Positions 18,733 through 27,442 of a stretch of DNA of 64,000 bases are shown here, in pieces. Location of the stretch: IMG/VR virus record IMGVR_UViG_3300017963_000189; one strand, 5' to 3'. Source of the DNA: a virus. Lineage: Duplodnaviria; Caudoviricetes. Below the pieces are notes generated by a model. The model did not search any database, was not told the origin of the DNA, and was given only the letters and a program-made list of their open reading frames with translations. The position numbers and the translations under genes are program-made. Position 1 is the stretch's first letter. Every line of letters starts with the position of its first letter.

Positions 18733-18970
18733 ATAAATCTGGTAACTTTGGTAAATCCACTTTCATAAAATGTGCTTCCTCTACCTCACTCTCGTACATA
18801 AACTGCCCGCTCGCTACATACATAAATCCATTAGCACACCTGTGTACTTCCATAAACATTAACTCCGGTTTAACGGTCTCACCATTCGGTCTGTCATACT
18901 TACCATATCGATAACCATAAAACCAATAACAACCTTCCTCTTTCGGAAATTCTCTACTCCATTTACTCAT
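18719..18970 (-). CDS. hypothetical protein
   Basis: WSREFPKEEGCYWFY; GGAGAA RBS. Confidence 0.7.
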   Translation of the reverse strand: MSKWSREFPKEEGCYWFYGYRYGKYDRPNGETVKPELMFMEVHRCANGFMYVASGQFMYESEVEEAHFMKVDLPKLPDLSENS

Positions 18971-19092
18971 TCTAATTCTCCATTTCTCGGGGCGAGCCCG
19001 ATACCAATCACTCTTTTAATAATTTTACGTTCGGAAACGGCGACTCCACCAATAATTACTTTAATTAATTTCTCGCCGCTAACCAATATCCT

Positions 19093-19284
19093 TTAATTAA
19101 AAATAATCGTTTCGGAAACTTCTCTGGGTTGCGGAATATAAATAACTTCACCATCGGTAAATATGTTCATTTCCTTAAACTCGTATAAAGGAAGTTCCTC
19201 AATATCATCTACTAAATCAATCGGTACGTTTCGTATAACCTTTTCACCTGAATCGTTGTGAAATATCATCTTGACTGTAACCAT
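19093..19284 (-). CDS. hypothetical protein
   Basis: 63 aa; GAAAGG RBS. Confidence 0.6.
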   Translation of the reverse strand: MVTVKMIFHNDSGEKVIRNVPIDLVDDIEELPLYEFKEMNIFTDGEVIYIPQPREVSETIIFN

Positions 19285-19303
19285 TAAATAACCTTTCCTT
19301 TCT

Positions 19304-19918
19304 TTACCTCTGTAATACTAACTTCTTAGTGTCTCTAAAATACGTTGTCGTCATTTGATAAAAATATACACCACTCGATACCTGTTCACCATTATCATTC
19401 CTACCATCCCACCGTATCTTGTAATGTCCTATATCCTTACTCTCGTCAACTAAAACCCTAACCTTGTTCCCTAACATATCATAAACTACTATCGTTACAC
19501 TCGTGTTCTTTGCTATACTATACTCAATCGTCGTTATGGGATTAAACGGGTTCAGATAATTTTGAGATAAATCATACGATTTATCTCCGTCATTATCCTC
19601 ACCAACAATTCGTGTAACTGTCGTGCTGACTTCATTCGACGGCCCACTCTCTAATACATTTAAAGAATCATCATGATATACTGCTGTGACTTTCCAATAA
19701 TATGTCTCTCCCTCTGTAATCTGGTAATCATAATAAAAGGAATCTAAACCCGCTACATTATCTAAATATACCATCGTTCCTGCTTGTATATCCCTATACA
19801 TCCTATAATCAATAAGTGTATAATTTGGATCATTAGGTGGCGTCCACTCTAAATGTATATATTCCTGAGAAAATAACCCTTGACTTAATAAAAATAAAAA
19901 TATTAATAATTTTCTCAA
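19304..19918 (-). CDS. secreted FN3 protein with T9SS/FlgD-Ig-like C-terminal sorting domain
   Basis: Sec signal; LEWTPP...YRMYR...Y.D..I..G.TYYWKVTAV...ES.PSNEV; QNYLNPFNP...WDGRNDNGEQVSSGVYFY...KKLVLQR. Confidence 0.85.
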   Translation of the reverse strand: MRKLLIFLFLLSQGLFSQEYIHLEWTPPNDPNYTLIDYRMYRDIQAGTMVYLDNVAGLDSFYYDYQITEGETYYWKVTAVYHDDSLNVLESGPSNEVSTTVTRIVGEDNDGDKSYDLSQNYLNPFNPITTIEYSIAKNTSVTIVVYDMLGNKVRVLVDESKDIGHYKIRWDGRNDNGEQVSSGVYFYQMTTTYFRDTKKLVLQR

Positions 19919-19946
19919 TGCGCCTCTCCGGTTACGGCGACAATCC

Positions 19947-20129
19947 TTATTTCTTCTTGTCCACCAATTCTGCTTTCATGATACTTACATCAACTACTAT
20001 ATATGCTAAAGCTAATAATACCATTCTCTCAAATGTATATATTCCAACATCAACACTTATTACAAATACAAAGTATACTATTAAATATGATCCAATTCTT
20101 TGAAAAACTCTTTTTGTGTGTTTATCCAT
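19947..20129 (-). CDS. membrane protein
   Basis: 2 TM segments. Confidence 0.6.
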   Translation of the reverse strand: MDKHTKRVFQRIGSYLIVYFVFVISVDVGIYTFERMVLLALAYIVVDVSIMKAELVDKKK

Positions 20130-20514
20130 TCTTTAATATCCCTTTTATTACATCAGCTAATGCTTTTAATCCCTCTAATGTGTCTACATGATATAAACCT
20201 ACTCCAAATCCCTTATACCATTCTTTAGGTGACGGACATCCACAATGACCAGCAACCCGAACAACCTGACCATATTCCTTATGTAACTTCTCGGCGACAT
20301 CCGCAGGAATACCCGGCCCTCGACATACCCAATATGTCCACGCTCTCTCAAATCCCCAACCTGAACCCTTAATCTCTCCAATTACGGATGTAGGTACTTC
20401 ACCATCAAAAGGGCGACTGAATTTCGTATACTCAATACCAGCATACTTTAATTCTCTGATAATACCATCGTCACAATCCGCAACACCAGCATAATTCTTT
20501 AAATAATCATCCAT
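20122..20514 (-). CDS. conserved phage protein
   Basis: WGFERAWTYW...VRVAGHCGCPSP...YHVDTLEGL. Confidence 0.75.
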   Translation of the reverse strand: MDDYLKNYAGVADCDDGIIRELKYAGIEYTKFSRPFDGEVPTSVIGEIKGSGWGFERAWTYWVCRGPGIPADVAEKLHKEYGQVVRVAGHCGCPSPKEWYKGFGVGLYHVDTLEGLKALADVIKGILKNG

Positions 20515-20681
20515 TTCTAATACCTTTCTCTTATCCTAATACCTCTATTTCATATCTACCATCAGGTAAATCATTAATTCTGTATGTTAAATGTTTCTTA
20601 TCCAACTCTTTGATAGCTTTACCGAGTTTGCTGACTACAAATCTCGCTATTACTCGTCCTTTCATTGTGTCGCCTTTCTTT

Positions 20682-21125
20682 TTATAAATTTCTTATCTCT
20701 ATTGAATCATCATACTCTAAATCGTATACATACTCTGTAGAATCACTTAAAATCTCAATCGTAGTCTCAACTAAAAAATCTGTATATACACCTAATGAAT
20801 CCTTTGGTACAATATATATCTGCTGAGCTAATGTGTAATACTCATAATAATCTTCATCCCACGCGTACCAGATCATCGAAATCGCTAATACACTGTCACT
20901 CGTCAATTTTGTGATGTCTGCCATATCAGGTGATAAAAATAACATTCCATCGTCGCCATTTGTAATACAAAATAAATCACTATCATCAAAACTCGTTTCA
21001 AGTGAATCTAAAAATTGTGTTTCTAATGAACTATATTCAAGACCATCGGTTACCCAAATCGTTGTCGGTAACTCTTGACCAAAACTTATTCCAACTAATA
21101 AAATGAATATTAAACTAAATCTCAT
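20682..21125 (-). CDS. secreted acidic protein
   Basis: Sec signal MRFSLIFILLVGISFG. Confidence 0.75.
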   Translation of the reverse strand: MRFSLIFILLVGISFGQELPTTIWVTDGLEYSSLETQFLDSLETSFDDSDLFCITNGDDGMLFLSPDMADITKLTSDSVLAISMIWYAWDEDYYEYYTLAQQIYIVPKDSLGVYTDFLVETTIEILSDSTEYVYDLEYDDSIEIRNL

Positions 21126-21269
21126 TAACCCATTTCTCCCATTCTTTACGGGTATACCATTTATCTCTATAATAATGTCCTTTACACTTCGGACAAAATA
21201 TGTGAATTAAATCCATACCACTAAGATTTTGCGTTCCCTTGTTACCACAAAATTTACATTTCTTTGATT

Positions 21270-21533
21270 TTATCTCCATGACTTACTAAATCTCATTGCT
21301 GATTCAGCACTACCACAATGCTTAATAGCTATAACAAAATGTGATCTTTCATCGTCACTAAAATTTCCATCTTTAAGACGTTCACTTTTATATTCGGCCC
21401 ATGTCAATAAACGAAATAGATTTCCGGTACGTTTTAATATCTTCATAATATTTTGAGCAACAGTCTCTGTTTCGCTCTTATATACTATTGATTCATACGG
21501 AAAATTTGTAAAATCTGCTGGATATTTTTTCAT
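21270..21533 (-). CDS. hypothetical protein
   Basis: 87 aa; GAAAGG RBS. Confidence 0.7.
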   Translation of the reverse strand: MKKYPADFTNFPYESIVYKSETETVAQNIMKILKRTGNLFRLLTWAEYKSERLKDGNFSDDERSHFVIAIKHCGSAESAMRFSKSWR

Positions 21534-21553
21534 AACGTTTCCTTTCTTATTTA

Positions 21554-21781
21554 TTAGTTTTTGTCAAAAACTCCATCAATCTCTACACTTAATCTTTCTT
21601 CTTCTGTCATTTCTCTAAATGAATAAATAGCACGTTCCATCTTATTCAAGTCAGCAAAATGTGTTCCCGTTACGCGCCAATCTCTCGGTGATACATCCTT
21701 TGTAAACTCGTCGTAAACTTCTTTGAATTCCTGAAGTTTTTCTAACATTTTCTTTTTCTTCTTGTCAAATGACTTACTCAT
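21554..21781 (-). CDS. hypothetical protein
   Basis: 75 aa; GAAAGG RBS. Confidence 0.7.
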   Translation of the reverse strand: MSKSFDKKKKKMLEKLQEFKEVYDEFTKDVSPRDWRVTGTHFADLNKMERAIYSFREMTEEERLSVEIDGVFDKN

Positions 21782-22052
21782 TGTTAATCCTTTCTTCTAT
21801 CGGTACATTAAGTTCAAATGAAGCAATCGGGTCGCCCATTGAATAAGGTACATACGCTTCAAAATCCTTAATCTCTTGAAGTGTACTTACTTCTTTACTT
21901 GTGTATATATGGATCACTCCGTCTTTGCCCTTTATATAATGATATAACGTTTTAAGACTTTCAACATATACTAATAATGTATATCCCACGGGCTTGAGCC
22001 AGGTGTTCGGTTCAACTTCCCTATATCCCATCTTAGTTAGTTCTTCTTTCAT
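21774..22052 (-). CDS. hypothetical protein
   Basis: Start moved to MKEEL (ATGA overlap). Confidence 0.65.
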   Translation of the reverse strand: MKEELTKMGYREVEPNTWLKPVGYTLLVYVESLKTLYHYIKGKDGVIHIYTSKEVSTLQEIKDFEAYVPYSMGDPIASFELNVPIEERINNE

Positions 22053-22498
22053 TTGTTTTCCCAAAATTTCTTGACTGCTTCTAAATACTCATTTAATTCA
22101 TTCCATTCAGCTTCGCTGATACGCTCATACATTTCTACACTATACGTATCATATCTCTGGTAATCCTTTACCTCTTTCTTTATATTGATTTCTCCCTTTC
22201 TCATAGGGCTTCTTGGCTCGTCGCCGAAGAAAACTATTATAGCATCGGCTTCTACCCATATAACGCCATTAGAATCTAAATCAGCACTATGTAATTTGTA
22301 ATAAAAACGCTGATCATTTCCAAAAGTACCTTTGTAATAAGCACCATTCTCATTGATGTCTTTTACTATCGCTAAATTTTTAGCATTAATCCTCTCAAAT
22401 TCTTTCTCGTCGTTTATCTTGTCTTGCTTTTGAATCTCAAGATATTCGGCGCCTGTCTTGTCGGGATATTCACGCGCTAACTGATCAATAGTTCTCAT
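22049..22498 (-). CDS. hypothetical protein
   Basis: 149 aa in operon. Confidence 0.75.
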   Translation of the reverse strand: MRTIDQLAREYPDKTGAEYLEIQKQDKINDEKEFERINAKNLAIVKDINENGAYYKGTFGNDQRFYYKLHSADLDSNGVIWVEADAIIVFFGDEPRSPMRKGEINIKKEVKDYQRYDTYSVEMYERISEAEWNELNEYLEAVKKFWENK

Positions 22499-22792
22499 TT
22501 ATTTTCCCTCTTTATCATTCTCACTGAAATATTCATCTTCCCAAATGTTGTTCAACGGATATGGTTCTTCTTTCGCTATAATGTCGGATTCGGATACTAA
22601 TATCGATCCACCGTCCTTACATAATATACCATACCATCTACCTTTTCTTTCTTCATCTGTTACAGGAACTTGTTGGGCATCTAACCATTCCTGACTTTGA
22701 CCGGTTTCACTAAATACTAAATAAATGTTAAATACACGTCCCTGATGTCCGTGTTTTCCTGTCCTTACATATTCGCCTAAATATGACTTCAT
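22499..22792 (-). CDS. hypothetical protein
   Basis: 97 aa in operon. Confidence 0.7.
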   Translation of the reverse strand: MKSYLGEYVRTGKHGHQGRVFNIYLVFSETGQSQEWLDAQQVPVTDEERKGRWYGILCKDGGSILVSESDIIAKEEPYPLNNIWEDEYFSENDKEGK

Positions 22793-22794
22793 TT

Positions 22795-23001
22795 CTATTC
22801 CTCTCTTATTTTATCTATTGTGTCTTTAACGTCTTGTAACTCTTTATATACTTGTGTCGTGTTTTCGCCAATAATAAACCTAATCCGCTTCCGTTTATTT
22901 GGAAAAAACGGTAATGCGGGAACGGTTATATAATACTTAATCTTCCTTACTCTATATCCCTTATATTCGCCTTCTAACAATGTGTCAAATTTCTTTATCA
23001 T
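22795..23001 (-). CDS. hypothetical protein
   Basis: 68 aa; ATGA overlap. Confidence 0.6.
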   Translation of the reverse strand: MIKKFDTLLEGEYKGYRVRKIKYYITVPALPFFPNKRKRIRFIIGENTTQVYKELQDVKDTIDKIREE

Positions 23002-23004
23002 GAT

Positions 23005-23271
23005 TTATCCTAATTTGTTGATAATCCAAATACCAATTCCAGCAACTACCATTGATCCATGTATAATGTATTCAGCTAATATGAATGTTTCTTTGATTTC
23101 AACTGATGTTAATTGTGTGTCTAATGACATAACTGAAAGTATAAAAGCTATAACTAAAGCTATGAAAAGTTCAAAAAATAATATCCTCTTTCCATAATAC
23201 TTAACAAACGCCCAAATTATATCCCACTTCGTTATATCCCACATATTACTCTCCTTTATATGACCATTCAA
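23005..23271 (-). CDS. membrane protein
   Basis: 2 TM; AAGGAGAG RBS. Confidence 0.65.
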   Translation of the reverse strand: MNGHIKESNMWDITKWDIIWAFVKYYGKRILFFELFIALVIAFILSVMSLDTQLTSVEIKETFILAEYIIHGSMVVAGIGIWIINKLG

Positions 23272-23431
23272 AGTTCGGTTCTAATTTTAATATCTTGTTT
23301 TCAATATCCCAAAATCGTTTTAATGCTTCATCCGCAGCTTTCATCGTATAAGCTTTACTTACTTCCTCTTTGTATATTCTTTCATGTTCAACTTTTAATT
23401 TTTCTAATGTAGTCATTTTTTCTTTCCTCAT
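23246..23431 (-). CDS. hypothetical protein
   Basis: First gene after P7. Confidence 0.65.
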   Translation of the reverse strand: MRKEKMTTLEKLKVEHERIYKEEVSKAYTMKAADEALKRFWDIENKILKLEPNFEWSYKGE

Positions 23432-23443
23432 TTATTATATCTA

Positions 23444-23482
23444 AATATACGAAAAAATAGCGTATTTGTCAACTGTTTTCTG
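23444..23482 (-). promoter_or_regulatory. sigma70-type phage promoter P7
   Basis: CAGAAAACAG-TTGACA-17bp-TATATT. Confidence 0.85.
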
Positions 23483-23582
23483 ATATTTCTGAAATCAATA
23501 AGCCTCTCAGCATTCAAAATCCCAATACCTAAAATCAACATCAATAATAACCAACTACCTAATAAAATGATTCTGATGTCCA

Positions 23583-23924
23583 CTACATATTCTCCAATTT
23601 CTCTTTTAATCTTTTCGCCTTGTTCGCGAAAAATTCGTAATGTAAATCACCCTCACCAAGCGCGTCTCTCATATATTCAGCATCCTCGATTTCCTGCTTC
23701 AATCTGTATTCGTAACTGTCCTCTACAAAATCTAAATCAAATGATTCCTTTGAAGCGGATCGCGATCCAGGTCCATCCCACCTGTCTATAAAAATGTTGT
23801 CGTTTTTATATCCATTATCTTTCAACCATCTATCCCTCGCCAAAATCGTCCTAAAATACTTCGTGTCAACATGAACGTCACTACGATCATATTCCTCGTA
23901 AATCTTGACTACATGAACTTTCAT
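23583..23924 (-). CDS. hypothetical protein
   Basis: First gene after P8; AAGGAG RBS. Confidence 0.75.
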   Translation of the reverse strand: MKVHVVKIYEEYDRSDVHVDTKYFRTILARDRWLKDNGYKNDNIFIDRWDGPGSRSASKESFDLDFVEDSYEYRLKQEIEDAEYMRDALGEGDLHYEFFANKAKRLKEKLENM

Positions 23925-23952
23925 CTTCTGACTCCTTTTTTAATGTCACTAT

Positions 23953-23991
23953 AATATAATACATTTTAGCGTCATTGTCAACTGTTTTCTG
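23953..23991 (-). promoter_or_regulatory. sigma70-type phage promoter P8
   Basis: CAGAAAACAG-TTGACA-17bp-TATATT. Confidence 0.85.
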
Positions 23992-24162
23992 ATATTTCTT
24001 TCAATGCTGGCAATATATTTTATCCTCTCATATCATATACACCGGGGCGCGTCTCAAAAAGCGACCTCACGACACAAGCACACAATGTTGAGCGCACCGG
24101 TGCTGCTGCTCTTCTGTTTTCCTGACTTTCCCCCTGTCTCCGTGTACCCGTGTCCAGCGCAT

Positions 24163-24192
24163 AAAAAAAACCGGACTCAAAAGAATCCGGTT
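24163..24192 (-). terminator. intrinsic terminator (second, downstream of the ATPase unit)
   Basis: RNA AACCGGAUUC-UUUU-GAGUCCGGUU followed by a U tract. Confidence 0.8.
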
Positions 24193-24300
24193 CGCGGGGT
24201 GCGCTACCATGCAGCTCGTATACGTTATAACTCGTTTGTCTACTCGTAAGTATGACTCACTCTTATATATTATACTCAGGGATACGGTTAAAAGTTCCCT

Positions 24301-24337
24301 AAAATAGAAAAAACCGAGGTGTGACCAGCACCTCGGC
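24301..24337 (-). terminator. intrinsic terminator of the ATPase transcript
   Basis: RNA GCCGAGGUG-CUGGUCA-CACCUCGGU-UUUUU. Confidence 0.85.
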
Positions 24338-24352
24338 TTTCCTTGCAAGAAC

Positions 24353-24448
24353 GAGTAGGTATAGGAAAGGAGTTAACTATACCATACTCTTGTTTATAGT
24401 CCGAGACACCACTCTCAGACTTATTAACCGGGACACCACTCCCGGTTA
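24353..24448 (-). ncRNA. candidate structured RNA element: three hairpins in the ATPase 3' UTR
   Basis: Stems at 24425-24448 and 24399-24420, both with loop GUGGUG; stem at 24353-24389 with loop UUAACUCCUUUC. Confidence 0.5.
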
Positions 24449-24476
24449 TCCCCAACTAACCACCTATCCTATATAA

Positions 24477-25763
24477 TTAGTTTGTAAAGAAATCTTCGTC
24501 CTCGTTGAATAGATCATCCGTTTCATTGTTTTCCGATTCCTCTACTTCCTGTACTTCTACTTTTGGTTTCGCCATTGGAAATGTGTCTACATTATCCAAA
24601 TGACTTTCACCTTGTACAACTTGTCTCATGTGCGCTCTCTCAGATTCCCCGACTCCGCCTTCATCGTCGTACATTGGAAATACGACAGCTTCCATTACCT
24701 CGGTGAACTTGAAACCATCAATCAATAACGCGACCTGCTCAACAGTTGACCGTGTCGAAATAATAGTTGATAATTCCGGTTCCTCGGATATAACGTTTTC
24801 TCGTGTATACCAAGCAACTTTGGCGATACCCTTGAGTAATTCTTTATTCACTTTAGGATATAACAACTTCAAAAGATTATATTCTTCATCTTCCGTTAAA
24901 ACAGGTATATCTACTATTGTGGTGAATCTATCTTTTGTCGCCCGATCAATCTGACGAGTTGATGTATATTCCGTACCAACGTTCTCAGTACCAAAGAAAC
25001 ATACACCATCAGCAACCTCAACTACAGGGGTATCAGGATGTTCGTCAATTCTGAGATAACGTTGATCTTTGTCAAGTACCGTTAAAAGGATATTCTCGGC
25101 GTCATTGGAAAGCCGTGAGACTTCATCCAAAACTACCACTGCACCCGGAGTAGTAATCGCTGTAACGAATTCACTTTTGGCGAAATACGTACCTTTATCA
25201 GGATCGTAGTGAGTATTACCAATCAAAGCTGTACGAGCGTCCTGCATCGCTCCAAGATTAAACTTGAAAACTGGGCGACCATACGCTTTTGCTAATGTAG
25301 TAGCAGTTAAAGTTTTTCCACCACCACTATGACCATTAAATAATATATTTTCTCCGCGTAACAGAGCACGTACACTATATTTCCAATGAAGTTCTGAAAG
25401 AACTAAGGTATTAGGTTTTTTAGCGTAAGCGTTCATTACACCGGTTCTTACTTCATCATCAGTAAGTTTCTTATACTCATTATCATTAGAGTTTTCGCCA
25501 GACGAAACACCGGGATCGGCGAACGGACTCGTATACGATTTTGGTAACTTGTCCTTTTCAATACGACGCCAGATAACGTTCCCCGCTTTGGAAACTTTCT
25601 TACCAAGATAACGTTCCCTGTCTACGGCGAAACGGCGAGCCCCATAAGGAATAGTTTCATTCACCGGTTCACGGGATAAAACTTCCACGGGTACTAATTT
25701 GTTTCCCTCTCTTATTACTTCTACAATAATGTCAAATGAATCTTGTTTTTTATTTTTCGCCAT
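24477..25763 (-). CDS. MoxR-family (CbbQ/NirQ/NorQ-like) AAA+ ATPase
   Basis: Walker A GHSGGGKT, Walker B VVVLDE, R-finger DRATKDRF, CbbQ-like C-terminal ISTR. Confidence 0.9.
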   Translation of the reverse strand: MAKNKKQDSFDIIVEVIREGNKLVPVEVLSREPVNETIPYGARRFAVDRERYLGKKVSKAGNVIWRRIEKDKLPKSYTSPFADPGVSSGENSNDNEYKKLTDDEVRTGVMNAYAKKPNTLVLSELHWKYSVRALLRGENILFNGHSGGGKTLTATTLAKAYGRPVFKFNLGAMQDARTALIGNTHYDPDKGTYFAKSEFVTAITTPGAVVVLDEVSRLSNDAENILLTVLDKDQRYLRIDEHPDTPVVEVADGVCFFGTENVGTEYTSTRQIDRATKDRFTTIVDIPVLTEDEEYNLLKLLYPKVNKELLKGIAKVAWYTRENVISEEPELSTIISTRSTVEQVALLIDGFKFTEVMEAVVFPMYDDEGGVGESERAHMRQVVQGESHLDNVDTFPMAKPKVEVQEVEESENNETDDLFNEDEDFFTN

Positions 25764-25798
25764 TTGGCGACTCCTTAATTAGTGATCAATAATACTAT

Positions 25799-25837
25799 AA
25801 TATAATAAATATAATCTACAATGTCAACTGTTTTCTG
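25799..25837 (-). promoter_or_regulatory. sigma70-type phage promoter P9 (ATPase)
   Basis: CAGAAAACAG-TTGACA-17bp-TATATT. Confidence 0.85.
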
Positions 25838-25839
25838 GT

Positions 25840-26124
25840 TTATTTTCTAAGTTTATCGTTTATACTTTTTGGATAATGCTTACCTGCTCTCTTAGATACA
25901 TAGTTGAAAATCCGTGATCCGCATTCCATACATTCGCCGAAATGACCTTTCATTTTTATAGTTCCAACGGAAAACTTAGTGTCGTTCGGCAAGAAACCAA
26001 ACCCTGTCGGTAACTCCAGAGTCCCTGTTCCATCGGCCCATACATCGCCCCCACCTTTACAATCGGGACACTCCATATAGTTTTTCTTCTTGTCATACTT
26101 TTTAATCTTTGGTAAATCTGACAT
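25840..26124 (-). CDS. zinc-ribbon protein
   Basis: CPDC and CMEC; first gene after P10. Confidence 0.7.
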   Translation of the reverse strand: MSDLPKIKKYDKKKNYMECPDCKGGGDVWADGTGTLELPTGFGFLPNDTKFSVGTIKMKGHFGECMECGSRIFNYVSKRAGKHYPKSINDKLRK

Positions 26125-26153
26125 CTTAGTTCCTTTCTAAATGTTACAATACA

Positions 26154-26192
26154 AATATAACTAATTACCGCTTAACAGTCAACTGTTTTCTG
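26154..26192 (-). promoter_or_regulatory. sigma70-type phage promoter P10
   Basis: CAGAAAACAG-TTGACT-17bp-TATATT. Confidence 0.8.
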
Positions 26193-26224
26193 ATCTTTTT
26201 TTCATTAACCTTTTCGCCAACGAG

Positions 26225-26381
26225 CTCGGAAAAAGAGGCGAACCGCGCACGGAGTCTGGCCTGTTATCCCACAATACAATATAATAAATTAATAGTCAAC
26301 AGTCAACTGTTTTCTGAGAAAAGCGTCCCAGCTAAATGGACACTGGAACACGGTTTATTTTCGCGCACTCGGAAAAAGAGG
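26225..26381. repeat. 14-bp direct repeat CTCGGAAAAAGAGG x2
   Basis: Copies at 26225-26238 and 26368-26381, each upstream of a promoter. Confidence 0.85.
26278..26316 (-). promoter_or_regulatory. sigma70-type phage promoter P11 (no ORF directly downstream)
   Basis: CAGAAAACAG-TTGACT-17bp-TATATT. Confidence 0.75.
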
Positions 26382-26457
26382 CTATACCTTTATTTCAGGA
26401 AGCCATTAGCATGCCCGTATTTTTATTGTAGGACGGCGTCCCTGTGACACGGTTTAT
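26348..26457. repeat. 11-bp direct repeat ACACGGTTTAT x2
   Basis: Copies at 26348-26358 and 26447-26457. Confidence 0.8.
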
Positions 26458-26580
26458 ACCCTTGTTGGAAATGATCTTTGGAAATGGGGCGCCAATAACG
26501 CCGTCACACAAGCACACCGTGGTGCTGAGACAATTTGATATTCTTTTATGGGCGTTATGGAATACTAAGTGTATAACTGA

Positions 26581-26620
26581 AAGTGGTTGACAGTGGTGTA
26601 AAGTGGTTGATTGTGGATAT
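26581..26620 (+). repeat. four GTGG cores at exact 10-bp spacing (iteron-like)
   Basis: AAGTGGTTGA CAGTGGTGTA AAGTGGTTGA TTGTGGATAT. Confidence 0.8.
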
Positions 26621-26875
26621 TTGAAAAATATTTCAAAAGCGTAAAGACAATAACGAGACTCTTTACAGAATATGTGATAAAGTATTGAGGCTCAACGGAG
26701 TTAGATGAACTGTAGTACAGTAATGGTGGGATATGAATGGCGAAGGTACAACTGTGTCATTTTGGTATATGATAAGGTGTGAACAGGGACACTGAGAATA
26801 GTGGAGTAGTTTACAGGGATGAAAGGAATGAGTAGATTTATATTAAAAAAGGATTTTATGAGTTGAATAAATTTC

Positions 26876-27136
26876 TTATTGTTGACCGATTGTTTTAGAT
26901 TTAGATTTACCACATCGTATACATTTGTATTGTACGATAAAGGGAATTAAGGGAGTAGTCAGGAACGCTGTTAGTATACCGGTAATAGGGTTAGATGAAT
27001 TTGGTTGTTTAATATCATTAGGGTTAGAGATTTCATATTTATGAATTCCGAGTATACATCTAACAGAGAATGATTTCTTTTTAGGTTTATTTCTTAGAGT
27101 AATTCCGTGAGTGTCATATAGATTTCTTTTATTCAT
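26876..27136 (-). CDS. zinc-finger protein with hydrophobic insert
   Basis: CILGIHKY...CIRCGK. Confidence 0.65.
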   Translation of the reverse strand: MNKRNLYDTHGITLRNKPKKKSFSVRCILGIHKYEISNPNDIKQPNSSNPITGILTAFLTTPLIPFIVQYKCIRCGKSKSKTIGQQ

Positions 27137-27154
27137 ATTACTATGTCCTTTATA

Positions 27155-27421
27155 TTAGTCAAATAGTTTTTTACATTTTTCAGCAGTTTCATTTACAGTA
27201 TCATTATTATTTTTGTTGTCGCCACAAAAGATGTAATGAAGTTTTTTGAGTAGTTCTCTCAATGGATAATTTCCCGGTTCCAGGAGTTGTTCTTTTTTGA
27301 CGATCATTTTATGTACTTTTTTATGATGTTTGAATACCCATCTTAACATTTCTATTTCGTCTTTATTAAATGTAAGTGTTAATTCTTCTATCGTATTATT
27401 TGTTTTGATTGATGCTTTCAT
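27155..27421 (-). CDS. hypothetical protein
   Basis: 88 aa; AAGGA RBS. Confidence 0.65.
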   Translation of the reverse strand: MKASIKTNNTIEELTLTFNKDEIEMLRWVFKHHKKVHKMIVKKEQLLEPGNYPLRELLKKLHYIFCGDNKNNNDTVNETAEKCKKLFD

Positions 27422-27442
27422 ATTGTGATCCTTTATTTTTTA

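Noticed and set aside
24004-24348. ORFs 24067-24348 (-) and 24004-24249 (+)
   Set aside because: They cross terminator hairpins, lack an RBS and have non-protein-like composition; the region is better read as non-coding.
26701-26913. 70 aa minus-strand ORF
   Set aside because: No clear RBS, it overlaps the end of 26876-27136, and it adjoins the control region; unsupported.
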